A stretch of 63,751 nucleotides of DNA, filler included, from Octopus bimaculoides (Eukaryota): the NCBI RefSeq assembly GCF_001194135.2. It is 5 parts of 5 records of this genome, joined end to end, with 100 filler letters (N's around TTAATTAATTAA, not from the genome) between each part and the next. Parts side by side here need not be neighbours in the genome. Positions count along the whole stretch, not along the records: positions 4,810 to 31,508 come from NC_069006.1; 4 more parts are not named here. The stretch is one strand, 5' to 3'. Below the pieces are notes generated by a model. That model made no database searches. It was given only the letters and a program-made list of their open reading frames with translations, and was not told the DNA's origin. A program made the position numbers and the translations under genes. Positions 11,834 through 23,356 of the stretch are shown here, piece after piece (the first letter of the stretch is position 1; each line of letters opens with the position of its first letter).

Positions 11834-12054
11834 TATGAGGGGGTGTTGAAAAGTTCCTGGCTTTAAGGGTGTCATGAAAGGCCTGGTTGGAGGCCGAACC
11901 TTCCGAGTTCTTTTACAGGGCTTAGAAAAACTGAAGGACCACTGCAATACCTGTCTGAATCTGAGAGGAGAATATGTTCAGTAAAATCATAATTAACTGA
12001 TCCTCCTGTAATTTCTTTTACCCTAAACCAGGAACTTTTCAGTAGCCCTTTGTA
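11834..12054 (+). mobile_element. Mariner-derived MITE
   Basis: TA flanks. TIR TGAGGGGGTGTTGAAAAGTTCCTGG ... CCAGGAACTTTTCAGTAGCCCT. Interior translates to a mariner C-terminus-like GLEKLKDHCNTCLNLRGEYVQ*. Confidence 0.8.
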
Positions 12055-12261
12055 TAGTCATGTATTACATACACATTATGTATATATGTATGTTTATGCA
12101 TATATCTGTATATATATAGATTAAAATATTACATAGAAGGACGACAAAGGGACACCTGGAAAAGTTGCATACTAGACATGCTCTCCCCTCATCAGTTATT
12201 CAAAAATCATGATTTCATGCCTTCCTCATCTCCACCTGTTGAGGGGGTCTTGTTCTGCATG

Positions 12262-12470
12262 TTACTTGGTTACCTCACAGCTGCTGGTGCCACATAAAAA
12301 GCACCCACTACACTCTGTAAAGTGGTTGGCATTACGAAGGGCATCCAGCCATAGGAACCATACCAAGGCAGACTGTCAATAGAGCTTGGTGCATTCTTCT
12401 TTCTGGTTTGCCAGTTCCTGTCAAACTGTCGAACCCATGCCAGCATGGAAAACACATTAAATGATGACGA
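12262..12470 (+). mobile_element. RTE tail module
   Basis: AAAGCACCCACTACACTCTG...GAAGGGCATCCAGC...AACCCATGCCAGCATGGAAA...GATGA. Confidence 0.75.
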
Positions 12471-12499
12471 TATATAATGTTTGTGTGTAAATATATATA

Positions 12500-12615
12500 G
12501 AGACCGATAGAATAAGTACTAGGCTAACAAAGAATAAATCCTGGGGTCGATTTGCTCGACTAAAGGCGGTGCTCCAGCATGGCCACAGTCAAATAACTGA
12601 AACAAGTAAAAGAGT
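12500..12615 (+). mobile_element. SINE family A, 3' half
   Basis: GAGACCGATAGAATAAGTACTAGG...CTGAAACAAGTAAAAGAG. Confidence 0.75.
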
Positions 12616-12904
12616 GAAGACATATATGAAGGCTAAGCAGTAGTGAGGATGTAACTAAGGATGCAGTTGTGTGAGCCATGTTTGTAATGATCCTAATTGT
12701 TACAATCAAAGTAATATAAATAAATATGGATAAATAAAATTTAAGTATCGTAATCCTGCTCTCCAACTTAACATGGAGGTTGTTTTACAACACTGAATGC
12801 TGTGTTGTTTGCTGTATAAACGCACTCGAAATTATATTATGATAAAATTTCGAGTGCATTTCCGTTTATGCACCATGAGTTCTTATGAGAGATTCTCTAA
12901 AGGC

Positions 12905-13130
12905 AGATGTGGGTGCTGGTACCATGTAAAAAGTACTGATGTTGGTGCCACGTAAAAAGCACTTGGTACACTCTGTGGAGTGGTTGGCTTTAAGAAGGGC
13001 ATCCAGCCATTGAAACCAAGCCAAAACGGACTATGGAACTTGGTACAGCCCGTAGACTTGCCAGTTTCTGTCAATCCACCTAACCCATGCCAGCATGGAA
13101 AATGGATGTTAAATGTTGTTGATGATGATG
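12905..13130 (+). mobile_element. RTE tail module
   Basis: Same diagnostic blocks as the 12262 copy, ending GATGATGATG. Confidence 0.7.
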
Positions 13131-13489
13131 AATACAACCTCCATGTTAAGTTGGAGATGAAGACTATGTTTTGGTGCTAATACTGCTTCTATTGCCATTA
13201 ATTATTTTTAAAACATGGTATTTATATATTTTTATTCAATTTCTTTTTTTAAGGGTTTATTTATGCATCTCAACCCCAGTAATTAATTTTAAGTTGGGTA
13301 TTCCATTTATGATTAATGTTTATTTGTTGAACTGCCATGTTAGGATACATCTTTGGTTTTAAGTGGCATAAACGATCATATATACACTCACACATGGATG
13401 TGTATGTGTGTGTACATATATGTGTGTGTGTGTGTGTTAGGCACAAGCACTTACACACACACACACACACACATGTACACATATGACTG

Positions 13490-13635
13490 CAGCTTCCTCC
13501 TACCAAGTTCAATCACAAGGCTTAGGTCAGTCCGAGGCTGTAGCAGAAGACACTTACCCAAGGTTCCACACAATGGGACTGAACCCGAAAGCATGTGGCT
13601 GGGAAGCAAGCTTCCTAACTACACAGCCATGCCTG
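13490..13635 (-). mobile_element. SINE family A, 5' half
   Basis: Reverse complement of head GGCATGGCTGTGTAG...GGTTCAGTCCC. Confidence 0.7.
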
Positions 13636-13639
13636 TGCT

Positions 13640-13950
13640 GAGGGGCTGCACCACACTCCAGTGAAACCCTGCCAAATCAGACTGGAGTCTGGTGCAGCCC
13701 CTCAGCTTGCCAGCCCTGCTCAAACTGTCCAATCCATGCCAGCATGGACAGCAGATGTTAAAATGATGATGAGGATGATGATGATTGTATGTATGCATGC
13801 ATGTATGTTTGGCCTTGGGCACTTGGAAACAGATAGGGGTTGGCGATGGGAAAGACATCCAGCCATAGAAAATCTGTTTCCTTGAATTCCATCTCTACCC
13901 ATGCAACCTTGGAAAGGTGGACATTAAACCGATGACAGTAATGATGATGA
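13640..13950 (+). mobile_element. Two adjacent degenerate RTE tail modules
   Basis: CCATGCCAGCATGGAC...GATGATG ending near 13785, and GGAAAGACATCCAGCC...CCCATGCAAC...GATGATG ending near 13950. Confidence 0.6.
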
Positions 13951-13962
13951 TAACACACACAT

Positions 13963-14015
<53 letters not shown>

Positions 14016-14918
14016 CACACATGCACACACACACTGCCATACTTCATCTTTAACATCTGTCAATACCTACCCCCACCCTCATCTCATTCACTGTAGTCAC
14101 CCCTTCATAACTCTGACCTCCATCTCTGTCCTTGTACCACTCTCCTTCTCTCTCGCTCTCTGCCCCACCTCACATATTGTCTCCCTATTTTCTGACCTAT
14201 CTGCAGGTTTATTATATTGCTGTTCTCCATCCTACCTTTATCACCACTCACCACCACCACCTCCTATATCCCGACCTGTTTTTTTTACCTTCTACAAGCA
14301 CAACTTATTCTTGCCAGCAGAGTGGACTGGAGCAATGTGACATAAAGTGTCTTGCTCAAGGACACAACATACTGGCAAGAATTGAACTCATGACCTTACA
14401 ATCATGAGCTAAATTCCCTAATCATTTAGCATGCACCTTACACACACACACAACTTTGCTAGAGTTATTAAACAGGTCAGAGGTTATCTTTGATTGACAA
14501 GGTGCTCCTCTCGTCTTCTTATCTTTATTTGTTCTATTTATGAAACAGCTGTCAAAGGAATGACAGCTGTATGGTAAATATACATGTTTGCATATCTATC
14601 CACCTGTATCGCACACACACGCACGCACGCACGCACGCACGCACACACACACAGCGGTAATTTCTTCTCCCTTGTGCACAACTTTTGTTCACAAAGCATT
14701 TGAAAGTGATGCTGTATCAGCAGTAATTGTGCATGTCATCTTCATGTTTGACGATGTGGGTGACTTACCCAAAACATACTTTGCTAGAGTTATTAAGCAT
14801 TTCAGATGTACTTGATGGACAAGGTGCTTTCCTTGTCTTCTTATCCTTAATTGTTCTATTTATGATGCAGCTGTCTAACGAACAACATGTATGTAGCAAA
14901 TATGCATGTGCACGTATG

Positions 14919-14952
<34 letters not shown>

Positions 14953-15217
14953 AATAAGTAACAAGGATGTCCAGGTATTAGTGCATTACACCTCTTTCAA
15001 GCGGCTCCATTTAATTGATCAATGCAAGAATTACATCAATATGAAATAAACTGCTCTCCTTGGAGGCATAAGACCATATAGGTTTTCAACATACAGGATA
15101 TTCTATTATAATTTCTTAGAAAATTTTTCATCAGAACTAGAGAATAAAAGAATTACATTGCTTATTGCTATTATTGTAACAGAATGAACTTAGGGAGAAA
15201 ATACTTAAAGCTTACTA

Positions 15218-16504
15218 TTGGGTTGTCTGGAAAGTTTGTGCCGATTTTTAAAGGAAAGAAAAAGGTCAATAAATACTTGCCATTACATTTTTAATCAACC
15301 AAATATGAACCATTTTGTTGCACAATGCGTCTCCATCTTTCCTTTAACTTGAAAATACCCTCTTCCCAGAATCGAGGTGGTTTCATGGCAAAGTATTCAT
15401 CAAGGTATCTTTTTACGTCATCCAAGGAATTGAAATTTTTACCATTAAGACTATTCTGCAGAGACCTGAATAAGTGGAAATCCGAAGGAGCAATATCTGG
15501 TGAATATGGAGGGTGGGGTAACACATCCCAGCCAAGCTGCAGCAATTTTTGTCTGGTTCCCAAAGGAACGTGTAGTCTTGCATTATCATGTTGGAAAACA
15601 ACACCCTTCCTGTTGGCCAATTCTGGACGTTTCTCTTGAATTGCTGCTTTTAACTTGTCCAGTTGTGTGCAGTATTTCTCAGAATTAATTGTCTGGTTAC
15701 TTGGGAGAAGCTCATAGTACAGAATTCCTTTCCAACCCCAGCAGACACAAAACAAGACTTTTTTTAGGGTGAAGACCCGCTTTTGGGGTGGCTAAGGGTG
15801 GCTCATGTTGCTTACTCTAGGATTGCTTTCTCTGAACATTTCAGTAGATAATCCATTTCTCATCACCTGTCACAATCTGCCTTAAAAAAGATGCGTTTTC
15901 ATTCTGTTTATAAAGCGAATCACAGATGGAAATGCGATCCAAAAAGTTCTTCTCATTCAACTCGTGTGGTACCCAAACATCATAGCGATTTGTGTACCCA
16001 AGTTTTACCAGGTGCTCATGAACGACGGATTTTGATAGGTTGAGTCTTTCTGCCAATTCTCAGGTTGTGCAATGTGGGTTATTCTCAATTAATGACTTGA
16101 TTTGGTCATCATCTGTAGTGGATGGTCTGCCTGATGGCTCTTTATCAATAAGGCTACAATCTCCGGCTCGGAACCTTGCGAACCACTTCCGTACAGTTCT
16201 TTCGAATAAAGAAACATCCCTGTAAACTGCGCATATTTCTTTGGTTGCTTGTGAGGCATTTTTCCCCTTTACGGAAAAAGAAAAGTATCAAGTGCTGAAA
16301 ATGAACTTTCTTATCTTCCATTTTAAAGGGTTACAGAACTAACACAGGTTATAGGAACATAACCCTTCTTCCACGAAAGGATAGCTTAAACCGAGCTTTA
16401 AATGGAGGTGTAGTCAAATCCTATTTTATGGACTCAACCATGTTCTAAAATAAGTTCGAAAGGTAAGCTACAATAAATCGGCACAAACTTTCCGGACAAC
16501 CCAA
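15218..16504 (-). mobile_element. Full-length (1287 bp) mariner transposon, inactivated DD34D transposase
   Basis: 30-bp TIRs TTGGGTTGTC(T/C)GGAAAGTTTGTGCCGATTT (29/30), with TA duplication at 15216-17 and 16505-06. Transposase runs 16321 to 15291: MEDKKVHF..., WVPHEL, TGDEKW, HDNARLH, YSPDIAPSD, with 34 residues between the 2nd and 3rd D. Three premature stops and two +1 frameshifts in A runs. Confidence 0.95.
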
Positions 16505-16800
16505 TATAATTTGGAGTGGCAGAAGAAAATAACAAGGGGGGGGGGTCAAGAAAGAGTAATGGTGATATAGCTCCATTCATCTTTAATAATAATATTAAAA
16601 GATCCAATACAGCAAATGTTCTACATCCCCTTAGAATGAAAAACCATTGCGGATCGACAGTTAAGTTCTTGGTTGTAGGTGATAAATTAATTAATGTCAG
16701 ATACTTCTTCCAACTCCTATTTTACTGTGACGATAAAATCAGCCATGTTTACATAAAAGAACATGCAAGACAATAGTAGAGAAAGATGAAAAGCAGAAGA

Positions 16801-16838
<38 letters not shown>

Positions 16839-17077
16839 CTAGAGAAAGAACCTTTGCAGATTTAATGTTTTATGGGCCAACAGAATACTGAGATCAATGG
16901 ATCAATAAAATCAACTAATGTTGGGTGTGCGGTAGAGGGTGTTTGTTTGTGCCTGTGTGTATATAAACACACACGCCCTCTCCCACGTACCCATATATAT
17001 ATGCATGTGTATTTTTATATGTGTGTATATATATTTATATACTCTATATATATATATATATATATATATAAATATAA

Positions 17078-17263
17078 ATCATCATCATCATCATCGTTTA
17101 ACGTCCGCTTTCCATGCTAGCATGGGTTGGACGATTTGACTGAGGACTGGTGGACCAGATGGCGACACCAGGCTCCAGTCTAATTTGGCAGAGTTTCTAC
17201 AGCTGGATGCCCTTCCTAACGCCAACCACTCAGAGAGTGTAGTGGGTGCTTTTACGTGTCACC
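17078..17263 (-). mobile_element. RTE tail module, cut by a gap
   Basis: Almost identical to the 21307 copy. Confidence 0.8.
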
Positions 17264-18042
17264 NNNNNNNNNNNNNNNNNNNNNNNNNNNNNNNNNNNNN
17301 NNNNNNNNNNNNNNNNNNNNNNNNNNNNNNNNNNNNNNNNNNNNNNNNNNNNNNNNNNNNNNNNNNNNNNNNNNNNNNNNNNNNNNNNNNNNNNNNNNNN
17401 NNNNNNNNNNNNNNNNNNNNNNNNNNNNNNNNNNNNNNNNNNNNNNNNNNNNNNNNNNNNNNNNNNNNNNNNNNNNNNNNNNNNNNNNNNNNNNNNNNNN
17501 NNNNNNNNNNNNNNNNNNNNNNNNNNNNNNNNNNNNNNNNNNNNNNNNNNNNNNNNNNNNNNNNNNNNNNNNNNNNNNNNNNNNNNNNNNNNNNNNNNNN
17601 NNNNNNNNNNNNNNNNNNNNNNNNNNNNNNNNNNNNNNNNNNNNNNNNNNNNNNNNNNNNNNNNNNNNNNNNNNNNNNNNNNNNNNNNNNNNNNNNNNNN
17701 NNNNNNNNNNNNNNNNNNNNNNNNNNNNNNNNNNNNNNNNNNNNNNNNNNNNNNNNNNNNNNNNNNNNNNNNNNNNNNNNNNNNNNNNNNNNNNNNNNNN
17801 NNNNNNNNNNNNNNNNNNNNNNNNNNNNNNNNNNNNNNNNNNNNNNNNNNNNNNNNNNNNNNNNNNNNNNNNNNNNNNNNNNNNNNNNNNNNNNNNNNNN
17901 NNNNNNNNNNNNNNNNNNNNNNNNNNNNNNNNNNNNNNNNNNNNNNNNNNNNNNNNNNNNNNNNNNNNNNNNNNNNNNNNNNNNNNNNNNNNNNNNNNNN
18001 NNNNNNNNNNNNNNNNNNNNNNNNNNNNNNNNNNNNNNNNNN

Positions 18043-18086
<44 letters not shown>

Positions 18087-18425
18087 ATAAAAATAAGTAA
18101 CAGGATATCAAATTATCAAATAATGATGCAGTATGACTGTTTCAGGTGGTTCCATTTAATTGAACAGTGCAATCATTGCATCAATTTAAATGTGGTGCCA
18201 TATATAAAATATGGGGGTTTAGTTCACAGGTGATCTAAACGACAAAGTACGCTAGGTAAGTGCTGTAACGGATTACCAGGGCTCCAAAGTTATAACTGAG
18301 ACGGTAGTTATGGAGCCATTGTAGATTTCTAATATAATGGATATATAATTGTTAAAGAAGACAACAAATGTTGAGACAAGACAAACATCTCAAGTCATAT
18401 ACATTATTATTATTGGAAAAATTCA

Positions 18426-18464
18426 GTCTTACAGCTGTTTCTGGGATATTCCGTCATCGGAGAC
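18426..18464 (-). ncRNA. Minimal type I hammerhead-ribozyme-like motif (copy 1)
   Basis: Minus strand: GTCT-CCGATGA-CGGAATATCCCA-GAAA-CAGCTGTA-AGAC. Helix I GTCT/AGAC, core with U4C, palindromic helix III ACAGCTGT, GUA cleavage triplet. Confidence 0.5.
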
Positions 18465-19684
18465 AAATAGGGGAAATGAGAAGGGTATAGTTTAATGAAA
18501 TGAGGACATAGAGGGCGGGAGAAAAGAAATAAGGAGGTGAAGAAAAAAGGGGCATAAATGTTCACAATTTGACTTTCCAATGTTAGTCCATAAGACCTCA
18601 GGTGCAATCCTGTGTAAATCCATGTAGGTTGAAATCTTAATAGTGTAAATATCTGTATGAAAATGGTAGCAGAGGTGACTGTTAAGGGATAAAGAGAAAG
18701 AAAAATAAATTGAGAGTGAGAGAGGAGAGCAAGGATTGGTATTAAAGATTAACATAAGGTATATAAAAATATAGTGTACAAAAATAACCTAGAAGATAAA
18801 TAAATATATAAAGGTAAATAAGGTGAGAGGAGGAGGAGGAGGTAAAGGAAGATAAGGTAAAAAAGCAAACTAAAGTAAAATGAAAGGGATTCAAAGAGAA
18901 TAACAGGTGCCAGTGGTATTCTTCTAGTCTGTAGGGGTTGGGGAGGAAATCTAGCAGTAAGCGCTTGTGCCCATTTTATGGCTAAGGTCAGTGGCTGTAG
19001 AAATATTTTTAGCTATGGGGGTTGCAGGTGTAGATAGTCATGAATGGAGAAACCAGTTGAATGTTAAATAGAACTATTTATTAGGGGATTTTATAGGTTA
19101 TTAAAGAATTAACATTTATCTTATAAAGTGCTACAGTAGGGTTGATAGAAGAGATATACAGGTGTATGTGTTAACGATCATGGAGGTTTGTATGTGAGTG
19201 TTATGCATGGTGTGTGTGTGGGGGTGAATTTACATTTGGATTTATGGAAGAATTTGTGTTTACACGTTGTGAAGGCTTCATTGTGTTTGTTAAGCAATTG
19301 TGAGTTATGGGTTAAAATTTTGAGGGCTTCTTTTAGGCAGATTCCACAAGTGGAGCACTGGCTTTGATAAGGAATGCCAGAATCTATTATAGCCCAGGAT
19401 AGCCTAGATTGTATTTTTCTATTAATTAGACGGTGTACCTCTGCTACCATTCCCTTATGGAACGTTGATACGTTCGCATCCATTTCTGAATATTTACACT
19501 ATTAAGACTTTAAACTACATGGATTTACAAAGGATTGCACCTAAGGACTTATGGACTAACATCTACATGATCAGAAAGTTGAACTGTGAACTTTTTTCTT
19601 CTCTTTCTTCATCTCCTTATTCCTTTTCTCCTGCCCTCTATGTTCTCATTTCATTAACTTATACCCTTCTCATTTTCCCTATTT

Positions 19685-19740
19685 GTCTCCGATGACGGAA
19701 TATCCCATATTCTGGGACATCCCAGAAATAGCTGTAAGAC
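19685..19740 (+). ncRNA. Minimal hammerhead-ribozyme-like motif (copy 2, helix II locally duplicated)
   Basis: GTCT-CCGATGA-CGGAATATCCCATATTCTGGGACATCCCA-GAAA-TAGCTGTA-AGAC. Confidence 0.45.
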
Positions 19741-19820
19741 TTTGAATTTTTCCAATAATAATAACGTATACGATTTGAGATATTTGTCTTGCCTTAACGT
19801 TTGTTGTCCTCTTTAACAAT

Positions 19821-19854
<34 letters not shown>

Positions 19855-20402
19855 NNNNNNNNNNNNNNNNNNNNNNNNNNNNNNNNNNNNNNNNNNNNNN
19901 NNNNNNNNNNNNNNNNNNNNNNNNNNNNNNNNNNNNNNNNNNNNNNNNNNNNNNNNNNNNNNNNNNNNNNNNNNNNNNNNNNNNNNNNNNNNNNNNNNNN
20001 NNNNNNNNNNNNNNNNNNNNNNNNNNNNNNNNNNNNNNNNNNNNNNNNNNNNNNNNNNNNNNNNNNNNNNNNTATATATATATATATATGTATATATATG
20101 CTTTCAGTGCATATAGAAAGTTTGTTTACAGAAAAACAAACGCAAACTATTATCGTTCTTAAATTTGACAGAAATGGGGAGGCTGATTTGCTGGTGTAAT
20201 GGTAACACACTTAGTTGCATTAACAAAGGGATGTGGGTTTCACTCCCACGTGGATAGGAAGGCCTTCTTTTTTTCTTTTGAGGGCTTATATGCCCCTTTA
20301 TTAGACTATTTTCCTTAGTCATTGCACAGTGATTGCCGTAAGCTTTAAGCTTATATGAAAATACCATTATTATTATTTACATATATACACACACACACAC
20401 AC

Positions 20403-20554
20403 TCTTGGAGTGGTTGGCGTTAGGAAGGGCATCCAGCTGTAGAAACATTGCCAGGTCAGATTAGAGCCTGGTGCAGCCACTGGCTCTCCAGACCTCAGTC
20501 AAACTGTTCAACCCATGCCAGCATGGAAAATGGACGTTAAATGATGATGATGAT

Positions 20555-20555
<1 letters not shown>
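20403..20555 (+). mobile_element. RTE tail module
   Basis: GGAGTGGTTGGCGTTAGGAAGGGCATCCAGCTGTAG...GATGATGATG. Confidence 0.8.
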
Positions 20556-20596
<41 letters not shown>

Positions 20597-21306
20597 TATA
20601 TATGCGTAATTGTGCAGCAGATTGACAAATTGACTTTTTATTACACATGGTAGAATGTTATTTTTTACTGATGTGGCTGATCTGTCCAGCTTGATACAAT
20701 AAAGTGTTTGACTTGAAATATTATCAAGCTTTATCCTACCATGTCATTCTTAAAACAAACAATCTCAAATTAAAATGTTAAAGCTACAAGATAATGCTTA
20801 ACTAATTCAAAATAATGTAAATAAGTAAGAATTACTATTAACTTAGTAATCTGAATAGCAAATAGTCAACTTTTAAAGAATCTGTTAATGCTTTTCTTAT
20901 TTTATACTTTTGTTGCCATCTGTTACATAATAGTCTATAAATTTATCTCAGGATGTTCCAAGTCAGTTATTGACACAATGTTTTATAGTTACAGCTTTAT
21001 GACTGTTAAAATTGTCATGACAATAAATCAATAGAAATACACTGTGTTTCTAATTATCAATCTTATTTAAAAAACTACTTGTTGGAATTCAATGAAATTT
21101 TCATAGAATGATAGCATAATTATATGTGCAAGGTGTGTAAAAAATTTTTAAAAAAACGTGAGGTTCCATAAAACACCTCAGAAACTATCGCCGTTTACTC
21201 GATTTACGTAAACTTTCACTGTTTCAAATTACAAGCAAGATGTGATTAAAATTCATGTAAACAAGAAAATACCCAGTTAATTGGTATATATACATACATA
21301 CATATA

Positions 21307-21561
21307 TCATCATCATCATCGTCGTTTAACGTCCGCTTTCCATGCTAGCATGGGTTGGATGATTTGACTGAGGACTGGTGAAACCACATGGCTACACCAG
21401 GCTCCAATCTGATTTGGCAGAGTTTCTACAGCTGGATGCCCTTCCTAACGCCAACCACTCAGAGAGTGTAGTGGGTGCTTTTACGTGCCACCGGCACGAA
21501 GGCCAGTCAGGCCACGCTCAAAATGGTGTATTTTATGTGCCACCCGCACAAGAGCCAGGGG

Positions 21562-21562
<1 letters not shown>
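21307..21562 (-). mobile_element. RTE tail module
   Basis: (CAT)n-CGTTTAACGTCCGCTTTCCATGCTAGCATGGGTT...GGATGCCCTTCCTAACGCCAACCACTC. Confidence 0.8.
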
Positions 21563-21639
<77 letters not shown>

Positions 21640-21789
21640 TGAAATGAACACATACAGTCATAAACATGGAAGAAATAGAAATAAACAAACAAGAATGATA
21701 GGTGAGCTGGTTGGTAAGGGATATATGAGCCTTTGTTTGAAATAGGTTGGTAAAGGTGCAAGTTCATGGGACAGGCTAGTTTCTGGATC

Positions 21790-22700
21790 TCCTCTGATTT
21801 TATACCATAAGATACATCCACTATTGCCTGCCACAGGTCATTCCTGCTCCTAAATTAGTGTCCATTCTTGTAAACTCGCCACTTTAGAATACTCCACAAG
21901 TTTTCTATTGGGTTTAAGTCAGGGGATCAGGCAAGCCATTTCATCTTCCGAGGTCCACAGAAGCCTAATTGCTGCAGATACTCTGTAGTTATCTTGCATG
22001 AATATTATGGTTGTCTTGAAGGTGATCCTTTACTTTTTGAACCAAGGTTCAAGGTGCTCCCTCAGAAAGGCTCTGTAAGCATTTTAACACCATCAGGCAC
22101 TTTCCAAAGACCAACCATAATATCTGCCCAAATCATGATGCCTCCTCCCCCCTTGTTGATGTCTCAAGCATTGATGATGATCTCGTCCATTTGCAACCTA
22201 TCCCTAGCTCCAACCATCAGGTCCATCAAGGGTAACAAGTTTCATTCGTAAACAAAACTTTTGAAAAGTCAACCTTCATGTTATAGTCTGCCCATTTCAG
22301 ATGATTTTATAATTGTATTTTGTTTAAAGGTGACCTTTTAACTGATGTCACTGGTTTACTGACCTTTTTCAGAAGACAACGTCAAGCAGTTCTGGACACA
22401 CTTGTTTCAACAATGCGCTTGAAAAGTTCTCCACTTGTAAGACCTGGCTTCTTTGCAGCTTCATGCTTAATTCCTGACAGAGAACATTGAGAAACAGCAT
22501 TCGACTGACCCTTGTTAGCTCTCTTAAGTATCTTCATCGGAGCTGTAACAATTTTTTTTCACAGTTTGGTTATAACTTCCAATTATTTTAGGTATTCCTA
22601 ACATTCATTTACCTTTTGCAAATTCAGAATAACAAATTTCTCTGAAGCAATTAAGTCATATTTACGAACCTTAATTACTTGATTATCAGACCACTCGTTA
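21790..22700 (-). mobile_element. Degraded Tc1-family (DDE) transposase relic
   Basis: Minus-strand fragments KVLFTNE, TLDGPDGWS, GGGIMIWA, KVPDGVKM, IFMQDN, SPDLNPIENLWSILK. Multiple stops and frameshifts; TIRs not identified. Confidence 0.8.
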
Positions 22701-22984
22701 TTAATTTGGAACACTGAAAGTTCATGGAAATCATGCAAACAGCTACAGTTTGTTTATACTTTTGCAAAACCTCACAATTTTTACATACCACACACATATA
22801 TCTGTGGAAATTTCATTGAATGCCAGCAAGTGATTTTTAAATAAAATAAACAAATATTATGTTATTAATAATTTGATATGCAGTGTAGTGGAATACCGCA
22901 CATTCTTTAATACCTAACAACACTTCTCTTGTGGGTTCAAACCTCACTGAGAACACTTCAGATAGGATAGATCTCCTACAATGT

Positions 22985-23032
<48 letters not shown>

Positions 23033-23149
23033 TTACTCTGTCATGTCATTATATTGCACATGCATGTGTGTGTGTGTGTGTGTGTGGCCTTGTGGTTAGT
23101 GTTGCACTCATCATTGCTAGATCATGTGACCAATCCCTAGAGCAGGCAA

Positions 23150-23235
23150 TGCTTCATTTCATGTTGCCCCAGTTCACTCAGCTGTAAATGGGTGACCCTG
23201 CAATGGACTAGCCTTCTGATGAGGGGGAATGTTGG
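23150..23235 (+). mobile_element. Third SINE-like core (family C)
   Basis: TTTCATGTTGCCCCAGTTCACTCAGCTGTAAATGGG...CCCTGCAATGGACTAGC. The same block occurs at ~62055-62090. Confidence 0.5.
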
Positions 23236-23356
23236 CCTGTTTGCCTCACCAGTGGAATGTTATAATTCAAAAGCTAAAATAGTACAAAGCGCATTGTGAT
23301 CAGCGATGTATAACAGCATCTAATAGTCTGGTCGATCAAGTGATATATGTAGGTGT

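Larger units (their letters stand above)
18341..19828 (-). mobile_element. 5'-truncated Penelope-like element with GIY-YIG C-terminal remnant and inverted pseudo-LTRs
   Basis: 18341-18682 is the reverse complement of 19436-19828. Between them, minus-strand 19180-19435 translates ...SWAIIDSGIPYQSQCSTCGICLKEALKILTHNSQLLNKHNEAFTTCKHK, the pattern I recall for PLE GIY-YIG C-termini. Confidence 0.75.

Noticed and set aside
19436-19483. Apparent N-terminus MDANVSTFHKGMVAEVH of the Penelope ORF, and an apparent 15-nt microhomology
   Set aside because: This segment aligns with the inverted pseudo-LTR arm, so it is read-through into the inverted copy and not real coding sequence.
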